Assembly (NCBI GenBank): GCA_965216465.1
Contig: CBDCFW010000005.1
Span: 576,001 to 640,000 of the forward strand
Origin: Bacteroidia bacterium
Lineage (GTDB): Bacteria > Bacteroidota > Bacteroidia > NS11-12g > UBA9320
Direction: 5' to 3'
DNA: 64,000 nt
Shown: piece after piece, positions 1-9,282 of the stretch
How the letters are laid out: every line of letters begins with the position of its first letter
Numbering within the stretch: position 1 is the stretch's first letter
Translations under genes and position numbers: made by a program
Notes under the pieces: model-generated
The model's database searches: none
What the model was told of the DNA's origin: nothing
Seen by the model: the letters and a program-made list of their open reading frames with translations, nothing else

Positions 1-978
1 CTGATCCTTACAGATTTTGGTGCTCCATTGGAGGTTCAGGAAATTCCCATCCCCAAACCAAAAAAGGGACAAGTTTTGATTCACATGCTGCACTCTCCCA
101 TCAACCCATCTGATGATAGTTTTGTTCGAGGTGAATACAGCTCTGAGAAAACACCTCCGGTTATCCCCGGATTTGAAGGTGTAGGCGAGGTAATTGCATC
201 AGGCGGTGGATTCATGGCCAATCGAGTACTTGGAAAATATGTTGCTGGTTTTGCACCAACCGACAGCAATGGAACGTGGGCAGAATACATGGTTACCGAT
301 GCCAACTTGGTTGTTCCAATTCACAAAGACCTTGATAAGGAACAGGCTGCCATGATGTTTGTAAACCCACTTACAGCTTATGCCTTTGTTGATATTGCCA
401 AGAAGAAAAAGGCCAAAGCCATTCTAAATTCACCCGGTGCTGGTGCTTTGGGAAGAATGCTACAACCGATGTGCGATCGTCAGGGAATTGAGTTGGTCAA
501 CCTTGTCAGAAGTGAGGAGCAGGTAAATCTTCTCAAAAGCTCAGGTAGTAAGTACGTCTTGAATTCAACATCACCTACTTTTCAATCCGATCTGAAATCA
601 ACCTTGAAAAAGCTCAATGTTAAACTGGCATTTGAATCAATAGGTGGCGAACTGCCAAATGTTTTGTTAAACGCCATGCCAGCTGGAAGTGAAGTAAAGG
701 TGTACGGAAGACTCTCCGGCAAAGATTCTGGAATTACGAATGGAGCTCTAATCTTTGAGAAGAAATCAATAAGTGGTTTCTGGTTATCTCAATGGATCAC
801 AACAAAAAACCCGATTCAACTGTTGATGATTTTCAATAAAATCCAAAAATTCCTTACCAAGGACCACCACGTCACCATCCATAAAAAACTTAGCTTAACC
901 GAAGTTCAGGATGGGCTAGCGGAATATATGAAATCGATGTCCAAAGGCAAGATGCTTGTCAGTCCAAGGAAAGATTAG
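1..978 (+). CDS. Medium-chain dehydrogenase/reductase (NADPH:quinone or enoyl-thioester reductase-like), 5' end outside window
   Basis: SPINPSD, IPGFEGVGEV, GTWAEY, VNPLTA and GAGALG motifs. Frame is open from base 1 (LILTDFGAPLEVQE), so the TTG at 28 is probably not the true start. Confidence 0.85.
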   Translation: MILTDFGAPLEVQEIPIPKPKKGQVLIHMLHSPINPSDDSFVRGEYSSEKTPPVIPGFEGVGEVIASGGGFMANRVLGKYVAGFAPTDSNGTWAEYMVTDANLVVPIHKDLDKEQAAMMFVNPLTAYAFVDIAKKKKAKAILNSPGAGALGRMLQPMCDRQGIELVNLVRSEEQVNLLKSSGSKYVLNSTSPTFQSDLKSTLKKLNVKLAFESIGGELPNVLLNAMPAGSEVKVYGRLSGKDSGITNGALIFEKKSISGFWLSQWITTKNPIQLLMIFNKIQKFLTKDHHVTIHKKLSLTEVQDGLAEYMKSMSKGKMLVSPRKD

Positions 979-1132
979 TGTGGTAGACGTCATAAAAGTA
1001 TTGATGACATATGGTCAATTACATAAAAGGAGTTGTGTTTAAACTTATTAAGTCCTTAATTGACCCTAATATGAACTTTTACACCTAACAGCCAATCTGC
1101 CTATGGTTCGACTCTGCTTTGATTGCCCAGAT

Positions 1133-2398
1133 TTAAATTAGTTTAGTGAAGAACGATTTAATCTCGTCTTGTACATATGAATCACCTAAAATGCTTGAAC
1201 ATAACTCATCCCACTTACTCATTCCTGATTGAATTTCTTTAATAATCTTCTTGGGGTTCTTGATCGTAAACTCATCTGCCAGTTTCATCACATCCTCCAA
1301 CCCTATATCAACTCTTTTCTCGTTTATAGACAATGCCCTCTTCACCGTTAAATGCATGTTATAAACATTGAATGGAAAAGTTACATCATAAGCTGGTGCT
1401 AGATTCCAGGTATTTCTTTTATCGTTGTAAATAAAACTATGATTTTTGAGGTGATCATCATAGTTGGAGAACACAACATTAAAAACCATTCGTCGAAACA
1501 ATTGTTCGATATCACTATGAGGTATTCCTAGGTCGACACTGAGTTGGAAAAGCGTTTCATAGGAAGAATAAGTTGAATCTATGAAGTCATAACCGGTTAA
1601 ACCTGTTGCTGTTAGAACATGTTTCTTTTCGCCATTGATGCGATCAAATCTCGTGGTAGCAAAATGCTTATTACCAATCAACTTAGACTCCATCATTTCT
1701 ACCCCAACTGATCTAGCGATTAAGTAATAGACATATTCTACTTGAAGCCTGTTATACTTGCTTTCGTCTTCTAAATACAACTTCACTAGAAGGTGATTGT
1801 ATCGGTCGGATATCTCCAAATCGCCAGGAATAATTTGTCCTGTTTGTTTATCTTCTGAAATCAATATTTTAGGTAATGCTCCTCCAGCTGATGTTCCAAT
1901 TTTAAATACATTTAGTAACATTAAATCATTCAAGGCTGGTTGTTGTGTAGCGTGCTTCAATTCCATAACCTCCTTAAGCACCATAGATATTTCTTCAATA
2001 TCTATTTTCCCGGCTTTCGGGAGTTCCTTCGCCGGGGCATATTCCAAAGCTCCCATCCCACGATTGGAAACATATGTAAGTAATTCTACTGGTGTAATCT
2101 TGTTATATGGAATTCCTTTGCTTCGAAACCATTCTTGGAAAATAATATTTCCGAACATATCGGGAAGTGAGTCTGCTATCATAGGTGGCAGGCCTTTAAA
2201 ACTTTCGGAGTTGTACCTTTTGAATAGTTGAATCTGATCGATCCTTTTTATAATATATGGAAATATTCTCGAGTACATCCCAGAATTTAAGAAAGACGGA
2301 TTATATTGAAAAGCACTTAGATTTCGATTGACATCATAACTCACTTTGCCTACTTCATGTCCAAAAATGCTTATTTTAACTGTGTTTCTTTTTTCCAT
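1133..2398 (-). CDS. hipA: HipA-family Ser/Thr kinase toxin (type II TA)
   Basis: N-terminal couple domain (DSLPDMFG, RGMGALEY), P-loop GTSAGGALPK, catalytic DDHLKNHSF, LAPAYDV; lies directly downstream of an XRE gene. Confidence 0.93.
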   Translation of the reverse strand: MEKRNTVKISIFGHEVGKVSYDVNRNLSAFQYNPSFLNSGMYSRIFPYIIKRIDQIQLFKRYNSESFKGLPPMIADSLPDMFGNIIFQEWFRSKGIPYNKITPVELLTYVSNRGMGALEYAPAKELPKAGKIDIEEISMVLKEVMELKHATQQPALNDLMLLNVFKIGTSAGGALPKILISEDKQTGQIIPGDLEISDRYNHLLVKLYLEDESKYNRLQVEYVYYLIARSVGVEMMESKLIGNKHFATTRFDRINGEKKHVLTATGLTGYDFIDSTYSSYETLFQLSVDLGIPHSDIEQLFRRMVFNVVFSNYDDHLKNHSFIYNDKRNTWNLAPAYDVTFPFNVYNMHLTVKRALSINEKRVDIGLEDVMKLADEFTIKNPKKIIKEIQSGMSKWDELCSSILGDSYVQDEIKSFFTKLI

Positions 2399-2401
2399 TT
2401 A

Positions 2402-2665
2402 TTAGTATAAAGATTCAACACTGTCATCCTTTAAATCTGCATCCAGATATTGATAGATTTCTTGTAGAAGTCCAAACTCCTTTAAAACCTTAAAAACCGT
2501 ATTTAGTGTTGCGTTACCTCCTTTTTCAAATTTTATAATAGTCAAGGTAGAAACGCCGATCAATTCAGCCAATTCTTTTTGAGACATTCCATACCTAATT
2601 CTTTTTGATCTTGACCAAACTCCTAAAAGTGACTTCACATTTTTTATTGTTACAGATTGAAACAT
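2402..2665 (-). CDS. hipB: XRE-family HTH antitoxin (HipB-like)
   Basis: 87 aa, SQKELAELIGVSTLTIIKFEKG helix-turn-helix; ends 3 bp before the hipA start. Confidence 0.88.
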   Translation of the reverse strand: MFQSVTIKNVKSLLGVWSRSKRIRYGMSQKELAELIGVSTLTIIKFEKGGNATLNTVFKVLKEFGLLQEIYQYLDADLKDDSVESLY

Positions 2666-2672
2666 ATAAAAA

Positions 2673-2695
2673 GTATATTATAATATACAAATTTA
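2673..2695 (-). promoter_or_regulatory. hipBA promoter -7 element with adjoining perfect palindrome (probable HipB operator)
   Basis: GTATATTATAATATAC (2673-2688) is a perfect 16-bp palindrome; TAAATTTG on the minus strand at 2688-2695. Confidence 0.6.
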
Positions 2696-2830
2696 CTAAA
2701 AATTTGATATAATATATATTTTAATATATTATTATAATAATATGACAGTAGCATTTCAGCATCAACACCCCCTCATTATCAGCCTAAAGCTTACCTCTGG
2801 CTAGCATATAAAATACTAAAATCTGGCCCT

Positions 2831-2875
2831 TGGCACCCCTACCAAATAATTAGAATGATCTTTTTACTAATCTTG
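2831..2875 (+). promoter_or_regulatory. Putative operator TGGCACCCCTACCA plus -7 element of the pseudo-TCS operon
   Basis: 14-mer at 2831-2844; TAATCTTG (one mismatch to TAnnTTTG) at 2868-2875; exact reverse complement of the 14-mer at 5619-5632. Confidence 0.6.
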
Positions 2876-2892
2876 TGGTGTAGGATTTATTA

Positions 2893-3576
2893 ATGTCAGA
2901 CAAGCCGAAATTAAAATATGTAATTATTGATTCTGATCGCGATGCGAACAAGGCATTGACTGATATTATGCATCTACACTACCCAAAATATAAAAAAGAC
3001 TTTGAGTACGCCCGTGGAATTGATGATATCCCCCACTTCATATCCAAGAACATTGATCCAGTTTTTATTAACATTGAGGATGCTGAAATTGATGGTTTTA
3101 ACTTGGTTCTTAAACTACAAAATGAGAAATTCAAAGGAAACATCATACTAGTAAAAGGAAATGCTCACAACCCTATACCTCAAAAAGTGATTGAAGCACT
3201 TCAAGTCGTATTATTAATAGGCAAACCTTATGATATAAAAGACTGTCTTATCGCAATAAAGCAGTCTGAACCCATTGGGGAATTTCGATTAGATTTCAAT
3301 ATACTGGACTTATTTGATCTGGACCAAAGTCAAAAGGACATTATAGCCCTCGCATTATTAGGGTATCCCTCAAATCTTATCGGTGCTGTTCTATTTCCAG
3401 AGAAGGAATCCTCTGCCGCGAGTAGAGCAATTAGAGATATAAGGTCAAAACTTATAAAGAAGATTGCAACAAGCCAAAATCACATTGCTGATCAAGAGAA
3501 AAAATATAGAGATTTTACTGACTTACTTCAACTTAAACCACATTTACTAAGGAGTCGCAATAAGAAGAAATTATGA
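2893..3576 (+). CDS. Atypical response regulator: degenerate receiver domain plus LuxR/GerE-like HTH
   Basis: YVIIDSD...DPVFINIEDAEIDGFNLV...IGKPYD aligns with a receiver domain but has N at the phospho-Asp. C-terminal LDQSQKDIIALALLGYPSNLIGAVLF...IRSKLIKKI resembles a LuxR HTH. Confidence 0.7.
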   Translation: MSDKPKLKYVIIDSDRDANKALTDIMHLHYPKYKKDFEYARGIDDIPHFISKNIDPVFINIEDAEIDGFNLVLKLQNEKFKGNIILVKGNAHNPIPQKVIEALQVVLLIGKPYDIKDCLIAIKQSEPIGEFRLDFNILDLFDLDQSQKDIIALALLGYPSNLIGAVLFPEKESSAASRAIRDIRSKLIKKIATSQNHIADQEKKYRDFTDLLQLKPHLLRSRNKKKL

Positions 3577-5609
3577 AAAAACAAAGAAGAAGACTGATAT
3601 TAGGAATAACGCTTATCATAGCATTAGGGACTTTTTCGATTCTAATCATTCCCCATTTTTTTCAAAAACATGAGATTGTTAGTGTTTTGGAGACCATTCA
3701 GCTAACTGAAGACGAACAAGTAGAGTTTGCCGACCTTGATGGTGACTCTATTGTAGAATTGTTCAGAGGAAGGAGGTTTGAAGAAGATGAAATAATAAAT
3801 AATAGTATTCAATTTAGAGACTTGAGTGGCAAAAAGCCACAAAGCTTGCTAGAGCAAATAAATTTCACAGAGCTACTGGTTGGAGAAAACAAATTCTTTG
3901 TTACCGAAGCCGATAATAAAAAAGGTGCTGAACTTTATGTGGCTGTTCCCAAACAAAATAACCTCTATCTGCATATTTATACACATAATTTTGAGACGGG
4001 GAGATATCCTCAAACCCCTGATACTACAATTCTTATTGATTCTTTTTTCCGATACAGAGGTGCCCCAGCTTTAAATATGAGACATGAACTTACGACAGAT
4101 TACGATTCCAATGGGTCAAATGAATTGTATTTCTCGGTAATGGGAAGCTATTCTATTTACCCAAGAAAACACTACAAATTGGACTTAGGTACGCACAAAT
4201 TGACTTCAACTGAGTCTGTATGTTTTCTAAGCAGAATCTCTGATACTGCCAACTTTAAAGGCAAAAAGGTGTTCTTAACAACCGTAGGGTCGACAGGAAA
4301 CGATAAACCTTGGTTTAATATTCCTTATTCCGACTATTATAGTTGGCTTTACATCTTTGACCAAGATTTAAGATTGGTTAATGAACCAAAAAGATTTGGA
4401 TACTTTCCATCTAGTATCAAGTGTTATTCATATACCGACACAACCATATTAGCTTTGTATAACGATTCTACGGGCTATATCTTGGCTACGCTAAAATTTG
4501 ATGGAACTACAATTGATTCAATAAAAATTTCAGGTAAAGCTGATTTATTCAAATGGAACGGATCATTTTTCATAACAGATAAAAAAACAAATATTTACGA
4601 GGTAGATGATAAACTAAGACTAAATCACTCTAACTCTTTCGACAAAGTTAACGAGGTCCAATACATTGTAGATTTAGACAAAAATGGTTATGAAGAAATA
4701 CTCTATTTTAATCGACAGTTCGACGCTTTATTGATTGTCGATGGCAAAACTCACAGAGTTACTGAATTGCCATTCAACATAGTAAACAATATGAGTTATC
4801 CAATAAAGTTCTTAGAGCATGATGATGAACTGGCAATATCCATAATTGACAATAAACATCAACTCAAGTTCTTTAAGTATCAGAAAGTTGAGAATCGAGG
4901 TCAAATCATTAAAATTATATTGTTAGTTCTTTTGTTTCTTGTTACGCTAGTTGTTCTAACCCTTACTTTACAGCATCGATATTTGCAAGTTCAGCTTAAA
5001 AGAAAAAATGAAATTCACAGGCTACAATTTAACGGAATTTTGTCTGAACTGGAGCCTTACTCAGTACTAAACAACCTGAAATTCATCTTCGAGGGTAAGT
5101 TGTATAAGAATGAAGCATTATTGGAGGAGTACCTCAATAAATTCACAAAAATCTTTGCCCAATCTATCTCAAACTCATCAGAAATTCATTCTATCCTCAA
5201 CGATGAGATTATCCTAATTGAGAATTATTGTAGGGTAGAAGAAATCAGGAGAAGAAACTCCATATCATTAAGCATTAAGTCCAACAATTTGGTTAATAGG
5301 CATCAAATTATTCTACCAAGAAATTTACTTTACACTTTTGTCAAAGCCTCACTTGCAAGCAATGACAAACTTAGCAGTGGAGATATTCGAATAAAAATTA
5401 GTATTGAAGCGAACAAGAATCAAAAGATAATTCAGGTTCAACTTTGTAATTCTGTTGAGAAATCCTTCAATGATAATATAATAACAGATCTTAGTACAAT
5501 TTCACGTCTCTATTCTCAAATCACGGAATCAACAGTAACTGTTGAAGCTCATGACCACGATGCATCTTGCGAGACAACCCCAAGAGGAATTAGGGTTATT
5601 TTAGAATAA
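3573..5609 (+). CDS. Membrane sensor with FG-GAP/VCBS-like extracytoplasmic repeats and a degenerate LytS-type histidine kinase domain
   Basis: Two TM segments; DLDGD, DYDSNG and DLDKNG repeats; LSELEPYSVLNNL (H-box PHF->PYS), YLNKFTKIF, ILNDEIILIENYCRVEEIR, ILPRNLLYTFV; ATGA overlap with the regulator. Confidence 0.75.
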   Translation: MKKQRRRLILGITLIIALGTFSILIIPHFFQKHEIVSVLETIQLTEDEQVEFADLDGDSIVELFRGRRFEEDEIINNSIQFRDLSGKKPQSLLEQINFTELLVGENKFFVTEADNKKGAELYVAVPKQNNLYLHIYTHNFETGRYPQTPDTTILIDSFFRYRGAPALNMRHELTTDYDSNGSNELYFSVMGSYSIYPRKHYKLDLGTHKLTSTESVCFLSRISDTANFKGKKVFLTTVGSTGNDKPWFNIPYSDYYSWLYIFDQDLRLVNEPKRFGYFPSSIKCYSYTDTTILALYNDSTGYILATLKFDGTTIDSIKISGKADLFKWNGSFFITDKKTNIYEVDDKLRLNHSNSFDKVNEVQYIVDLDKNGYEEILYFNRQFDALLIVDGKTHRVTELPFNIVNNMSYPIKFLEHDDELAISIIDNKHQLKFFKYQKVENRGQIIKIILLVLLFLVTLVVLTLTLQHRYLQVQLKRKNEIHRLQFNGILSELEPYSVLNNLKFIFEGKLYKNEALLEEYLNKFTKIFAQSISNSSEIHSILNDEIILIENYCRVEEIRRRNSISLSIKSNNLVNRHQIILPRNLLYTFVKASLASNDKLSSGDIRIKISIEANKNQKIIQVQLCNSVEKSFNDNIITDLSTISRLYSQITESTVTVEAHDHDASCETTPRGIRVILE

Positions 5610-5618
5610 ACTTAGCCA

Positions 5619-5663
5619 TGGTAGGGGTGCCATAAAAATGAGTTGAGTTGAAAAATACATTTG
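5619..5663 (+). promoter_or_regulatory. Putative operator TGGTAGGGGTGCCA plus -7 element TACATTTG
   Basis: 14-mer at 5619-5632 and TACATTTG at 5656-5663; same 23-nt gap as at 2831-2875. Confidence 0.65.
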
Positions 5664-5705
5664 TTCTTACAATTAAAGGAATGTACAACAAAACTCATTT
5701 TACGC

Positions 5706-8700
5706 ATGAAGACACTCAACCAATTTGCAAAAAAAACAGTAAAGAATTCGGTTAAACCAGCTCTCATAACCTTAACTTTTTTCCTCCTGTCATTGTATTC
5801 TTTTGGACACTCTGGAATTGTAGTTCTAGTGAAAAGCGGATGCAACGAATTCTATCTATGTGTTGGCAATTACCACAGTATAGCTGATGCACGTGACGCA
5901 ATTAAAACTGGAAACTCCGGTGTATACCTTGACATTGGGAGAGACGGCTTTCTTGACTCCTGCTGTAATGGAGGGTCAGCTATTGGTTCTGACTTTATTC
6001 CATTTGAGTCCAGTTTTGACTCAAAAAGGGATACTGCATGGCAATATATAGGATCTCGACAAATTGAAGAACTTCTTTCTTACTTTAAAAGTAGTTCACA
6101 GTATAATCCAAATTCCAATAAATCATTCACTAGTCAAACCATCTGGCTCAATGCTGGATGCCATAGAGGCTTAGACAGCTGGTTGATCCTTAAAATTGAT
6201 TCTGCTCTAGTACCATACTATAAGTATAAAGCTCGAGTAGGTGATGCATCATATGTCGAGCGGCCTTGCGGCGGAGCATCACCTGAATTTTCTGTTGAAT
6301 ACAATCCGGGTGATGTTTCTTTAAGTGCATCAGACTCAATTATTTGCCCAGCAGACTCTATTCTCTTGGTTGCCGAGGACACACTTAATATCAAATGGTA
6401 CAAAGGAACAACCCTTATCAATGGAGTTAGTGACTCATTATACATTACAGATCCAGGTTCCTATTTCTATACGATCGATAGCGGATGTAGAGTTAAGAGA
6501 AGTAACTCGGTATTTATAAATCTTGATACATCAGGTCCAGTATCGATCGGAAAGGATACGGTTGTGTGCAACGGAAAAGAGTTCTCCTTAAGTCTGAAGT
6601 CAAGTTTTATACCCATAAGTTGGAGTTCTGACCGGTTTGATTCAACATTATTTGTGGATTCTACTCAACAGATTTGGGTTGTAGCCAGAAATATCAATTC
6701 GGGCTGTATTTCATCTGACACAATACAAGTAAATTTCCAATACGTCACAATCGATCTCGGACCAGATACCTTCATGTGTTCCAATACACCATTCGAATTA
6801 AAATCGCACAACACAAATTATGCTCATATGTGGAGCACTGGGGACACAACCAGTGCAGTGCTGGTAGATAAAGAACAGCTGGTAATTCTAACCGTTATGG
6901 ACAGCCTCAAATGTAAATTTTCGGATTCAATTTTGGTTTCAATACACCCTATACCTGTCCCAAATATGCTCAGCTCATCAGAGCTAGTACAATGTTATGA
7001 TAAGAATGAATTTTCTTTCAATTCAAACTATAATAAAGAAATAAAGGCCAAGAACTTTTGGTATTTGAACAACAATTTTATTAATCAAGGTCTCGACTCA
7101 ATCCATATTGAGAATCTATCAGTAGGTGCATATAGTGTTAAGGTTGTTACTAGGTCAGAGTTCGGGTGTTCTGATTCTTTCGTGAAAATTATTGAGGTGT
7201 TACCTAGTCCCCAATCAAATATCGCATGGATCGATTCAAACTTTTGCTTTGACGAAAACTATATTCAATTGCAATCCCAGACTAACAATGATACTCTCGG
7301 TGAGCAGATAGCTTGGTTAATCGGCTCAAATAAAATTGGTCAAAGCAAAAACCTAGACTTCAGTTTTACCAAATCTGGAGTAGATACAATAAAACTTTGG
7401 ATTCATAATACTTATGGTTGTAGCTCAATTGATACTGTATCTATTACAATTCACCCTAGTCCAAAGGCTGATATTCAGGTAAGTCGAGACCACTACTGCT
7501 TGAATGATGAAGGATTTCAATTCAAATCCGAAAGCAAAATACAGTCGGGCATAATCGCTATGCACAACTGGCAGTTCAGTGATGGCACTTCTGATTTTGG
7601 GGATGTTCTTCCTGCAAAGCAATTTGATCAGAGTGGGTTTTACAATGTATTACTTCGTGTAACTTCTGATAAAGGCTGTAATTCATCTGACTCTTTGCTT
7701 GTACGTGTAGACCCTCTTCCCGAAGTCAGTATTAGTATTAACCCAGTCTCTCAACACTGCCTTAATGAAAATAAATTTCATTTACAGAGCAGCACAAACA
7801 TATCTGGAGGTCTGGTAACAGAATGGATGTGGAGCATCGACAATCAAGTTTATCGATCTCCAAATGTCTCGAATGTTACCTTTTTATCAGCTGGCACAAA
7901 ACCTATTGAGCTTCAGGTTTGGTCAGATAAAGGATGTACTCAATTTGCACACAACGAACTTGAAGTTTACACCAACCCTGAACCATTATTCTCTGTTGAA
8001 GATGTGTGTCTTCGGCAAAGTGCAAACTTTAATAATTTAACTCCGACGCCACATGGCCAGATTATTCATAAGTATTTATGGGATTTCGGCGACCTTCAGA
8101 GTTCAACGAAAGAGCAACCTCGACATATGTACGTTCAGCCTGGTCATTATGATGTTTTACTTCAAGTTGAAACTGATAAGGGGTGCATTGGAATTTCAGA
8201 TATAACGATTATCGATGTACATCCATTACCAGAAAGTCAGTTTACTTCGAACATGACCTATTCATGGGAAAAGATTTCTGAACTTAAATTCACAGATAAC
8301 AGCGTGGGTTCAAACGGAAACGCGTGGTACATAAACCGATCTGCTGTGGCATATAATCGTCCGGAATATTATTATTCTTTTCAAGACACTGGATTATTTC
8401 TAGTCAGTCTTGAAGTAATAAATGAGTACGGTTGCAGAGATACCAACACAAAAGAAATTTTTGTTTTCCCCGACCCTAAATTTGAAATGCCAAATGCGTT
8501 TACTCCTTTTAGCAGCTATGGACTAAATGATCAATTCAAACCAATCGGACTAGTAGTGGCAAAACACTACTCTCTGCAAATTTACAATCGTTGGGGTGAG
8601 CTTATCTTTGAAACAAAAAATCCTACGGAAGGTTGGAACGGCCAATACCAAGGGAAGAAGTGTCAACAAGGGGTATATGCATATAGTGTATCCGTTGTGA

Positions 8701-8756
8701 TTCCAGGGCGGAATCGTGTTTTAAAGAAGGGTACTATAACTCTTCTAGAAAACTAG
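5706..8756 (+). CDS. PKD/Ig-repeat surface protein with type B T9SS (gliding motility-associated) C-terminal domain
   Basis: Signal peptide, PKD repeats (YLWDFGD, WQFSDG), C-terminal MPNAFTP...NDQFKP...IYNRWGELIF...GWNG. ATG 5706 preferred because the track's TTG start at 5661 lies inside the -7 element. Confidence 0.88.
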   Translation: MKTLNQFAKKTVKNSVKPALITLTFFLLSLYSFGHSGIVVLVKSGCNEFYLCVGNYHSIADARDAIKTGNSGVYLDIGRDGFLDSCCNGGSAIGSDFIPFESSFDSKRDTAWQYIGSRQIEELLSYFKSSSQYNPNSNKSFTSQTIWLNAGCHRGLDSWLILKIDSALVPYYKYKARVGDASYVERPCGGASPEFSVEYNPGDVSLSASDSIICPADSILLVAEDTLNIKWYKGTTLINGVSDSLYITDPGSYFYTIDSGCRVKRSNSVFINLDTSGPVSIGKDTVVCNGKEFSLSLKSSFIPISWSSDRFDSTLFVDSTQQIWVVARNINSGCISSDTIQVNFQYVTIDLGPDTFMCSNTPFELKSHNTNYAHMWSTGDTTSAVLVDKEQLVILTVMDSLKCKFSDSILVSIHPIPVPNMLSSSELVQCYDKNEFSFNSNYNKEIKAKNFWYLNNNFINQGLDSIHIENLSVGAYSVKVVTRSEFGCSDSFVKIIEVLPSPQSNIAWIDSNFCFDENYIQLQSQTNNDTLGEQIAWLIGSNKIGQSKNLDFSFTKSGVDTIKLWIHNTYGCSSIDTVSITIHPSPKADIQVSRDHYCLNDEGFQFKSESKIQSGIIAMHNWQFSDGTSDFGDVLPAKQFDQSGFYNVLLRVTSDKGCNSSDSLLVRVDPLPEVSISINPVSQHCLNENKFHLQSSTNISGGLVTEWMWSIDNQVYRSPNVSNVTFLSAGTKPIELQVWSDKGCTQFAHNELEVYTNPEPLFSVEDVCLRQSANFNNLTPTPHGQIIHKYLWDFGDLQSSTKEQPRHMYVQPGHYDVLLQVETDKGCIGISDITIIDVHPLPESQFTSNMTYSWEKISELKFTDNSVGSNGNAWYINRSAVAYNRPEYYYSFQDTGLFLVSLEVINEYGCRDTNTKEIFVFPDPKFEMPNAFTPFSSYGLNDQFKPIGLVVAKHYSLQIYNRWGELIFETKNPTEGWNGQYQGKKCQQGVYAYSVSVVIPGRNRVLKKGTITLLEN

Positions 8757-9282
8757 CTTAAAAGGTGGTAAAACTGTAACTAGATTATCGCTACTTAACG
8801 GTACACTTCATGAAGTCTTCTTACACTATTTTTCAATTCAGAAACTGAGCATCCTTTTGGCTGTTGGTGGATTGATGTTGGTTTATTTAACCGGCCCAGT
8901 GCAATGTAAATTGGCAACAAGACTTTCGAACATATATAATAAGAAAGTCTTCCATAGCATTGTCTCACGACTCCAGGAATATTATTCATTAAATTATTTA
9001 AGTGATTTCTAGTTGTCTTTTAAGGCTGCTTTGCACTTATATTTTTTAGTACGTACCATGGGATTCTTGTATAATTCCTTCTGAACTATGTTTGTATAAC
9101 AGACTCGATATAGCCTGTTTAAAATACAGTCCACTCCTCTTAAATTAAATTGTAAAATCCAGATTCTCCGAGTTTTCTTGCAACAGTTTGCATATTACCA
9201 AAACGAACTTCCACTAATCCTAACAAGACTTAAAGACCCTTTTCATTTGGTTTTTGTTAGTTTTGAATCATTCAACATATCT

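Noticed and set aside
1095-1120. GGTTCGACTC resembling a tRNA T-loop or integration-site remnant
   Set aside because: No flanking T-stem, acceptor stem or cloverleaf, and no second copy seen.
2831-5632. 14-bp inverted repeats read as transposon ends or an invertible segment
   Set aside because: No transposase or recombinase in the window and no target-site duplication seen; identical spacing to -7 elements favours operators. Kept only as an alternative.
8757-9282. Long intergenic region with a 9-bp inverted repeat (8919-8951) and a 64-aa minus-strand ORF
   Set aside because: No recognisable RNA family or protein features; a 9-bp repeat in AT-rich DNA can be chance.
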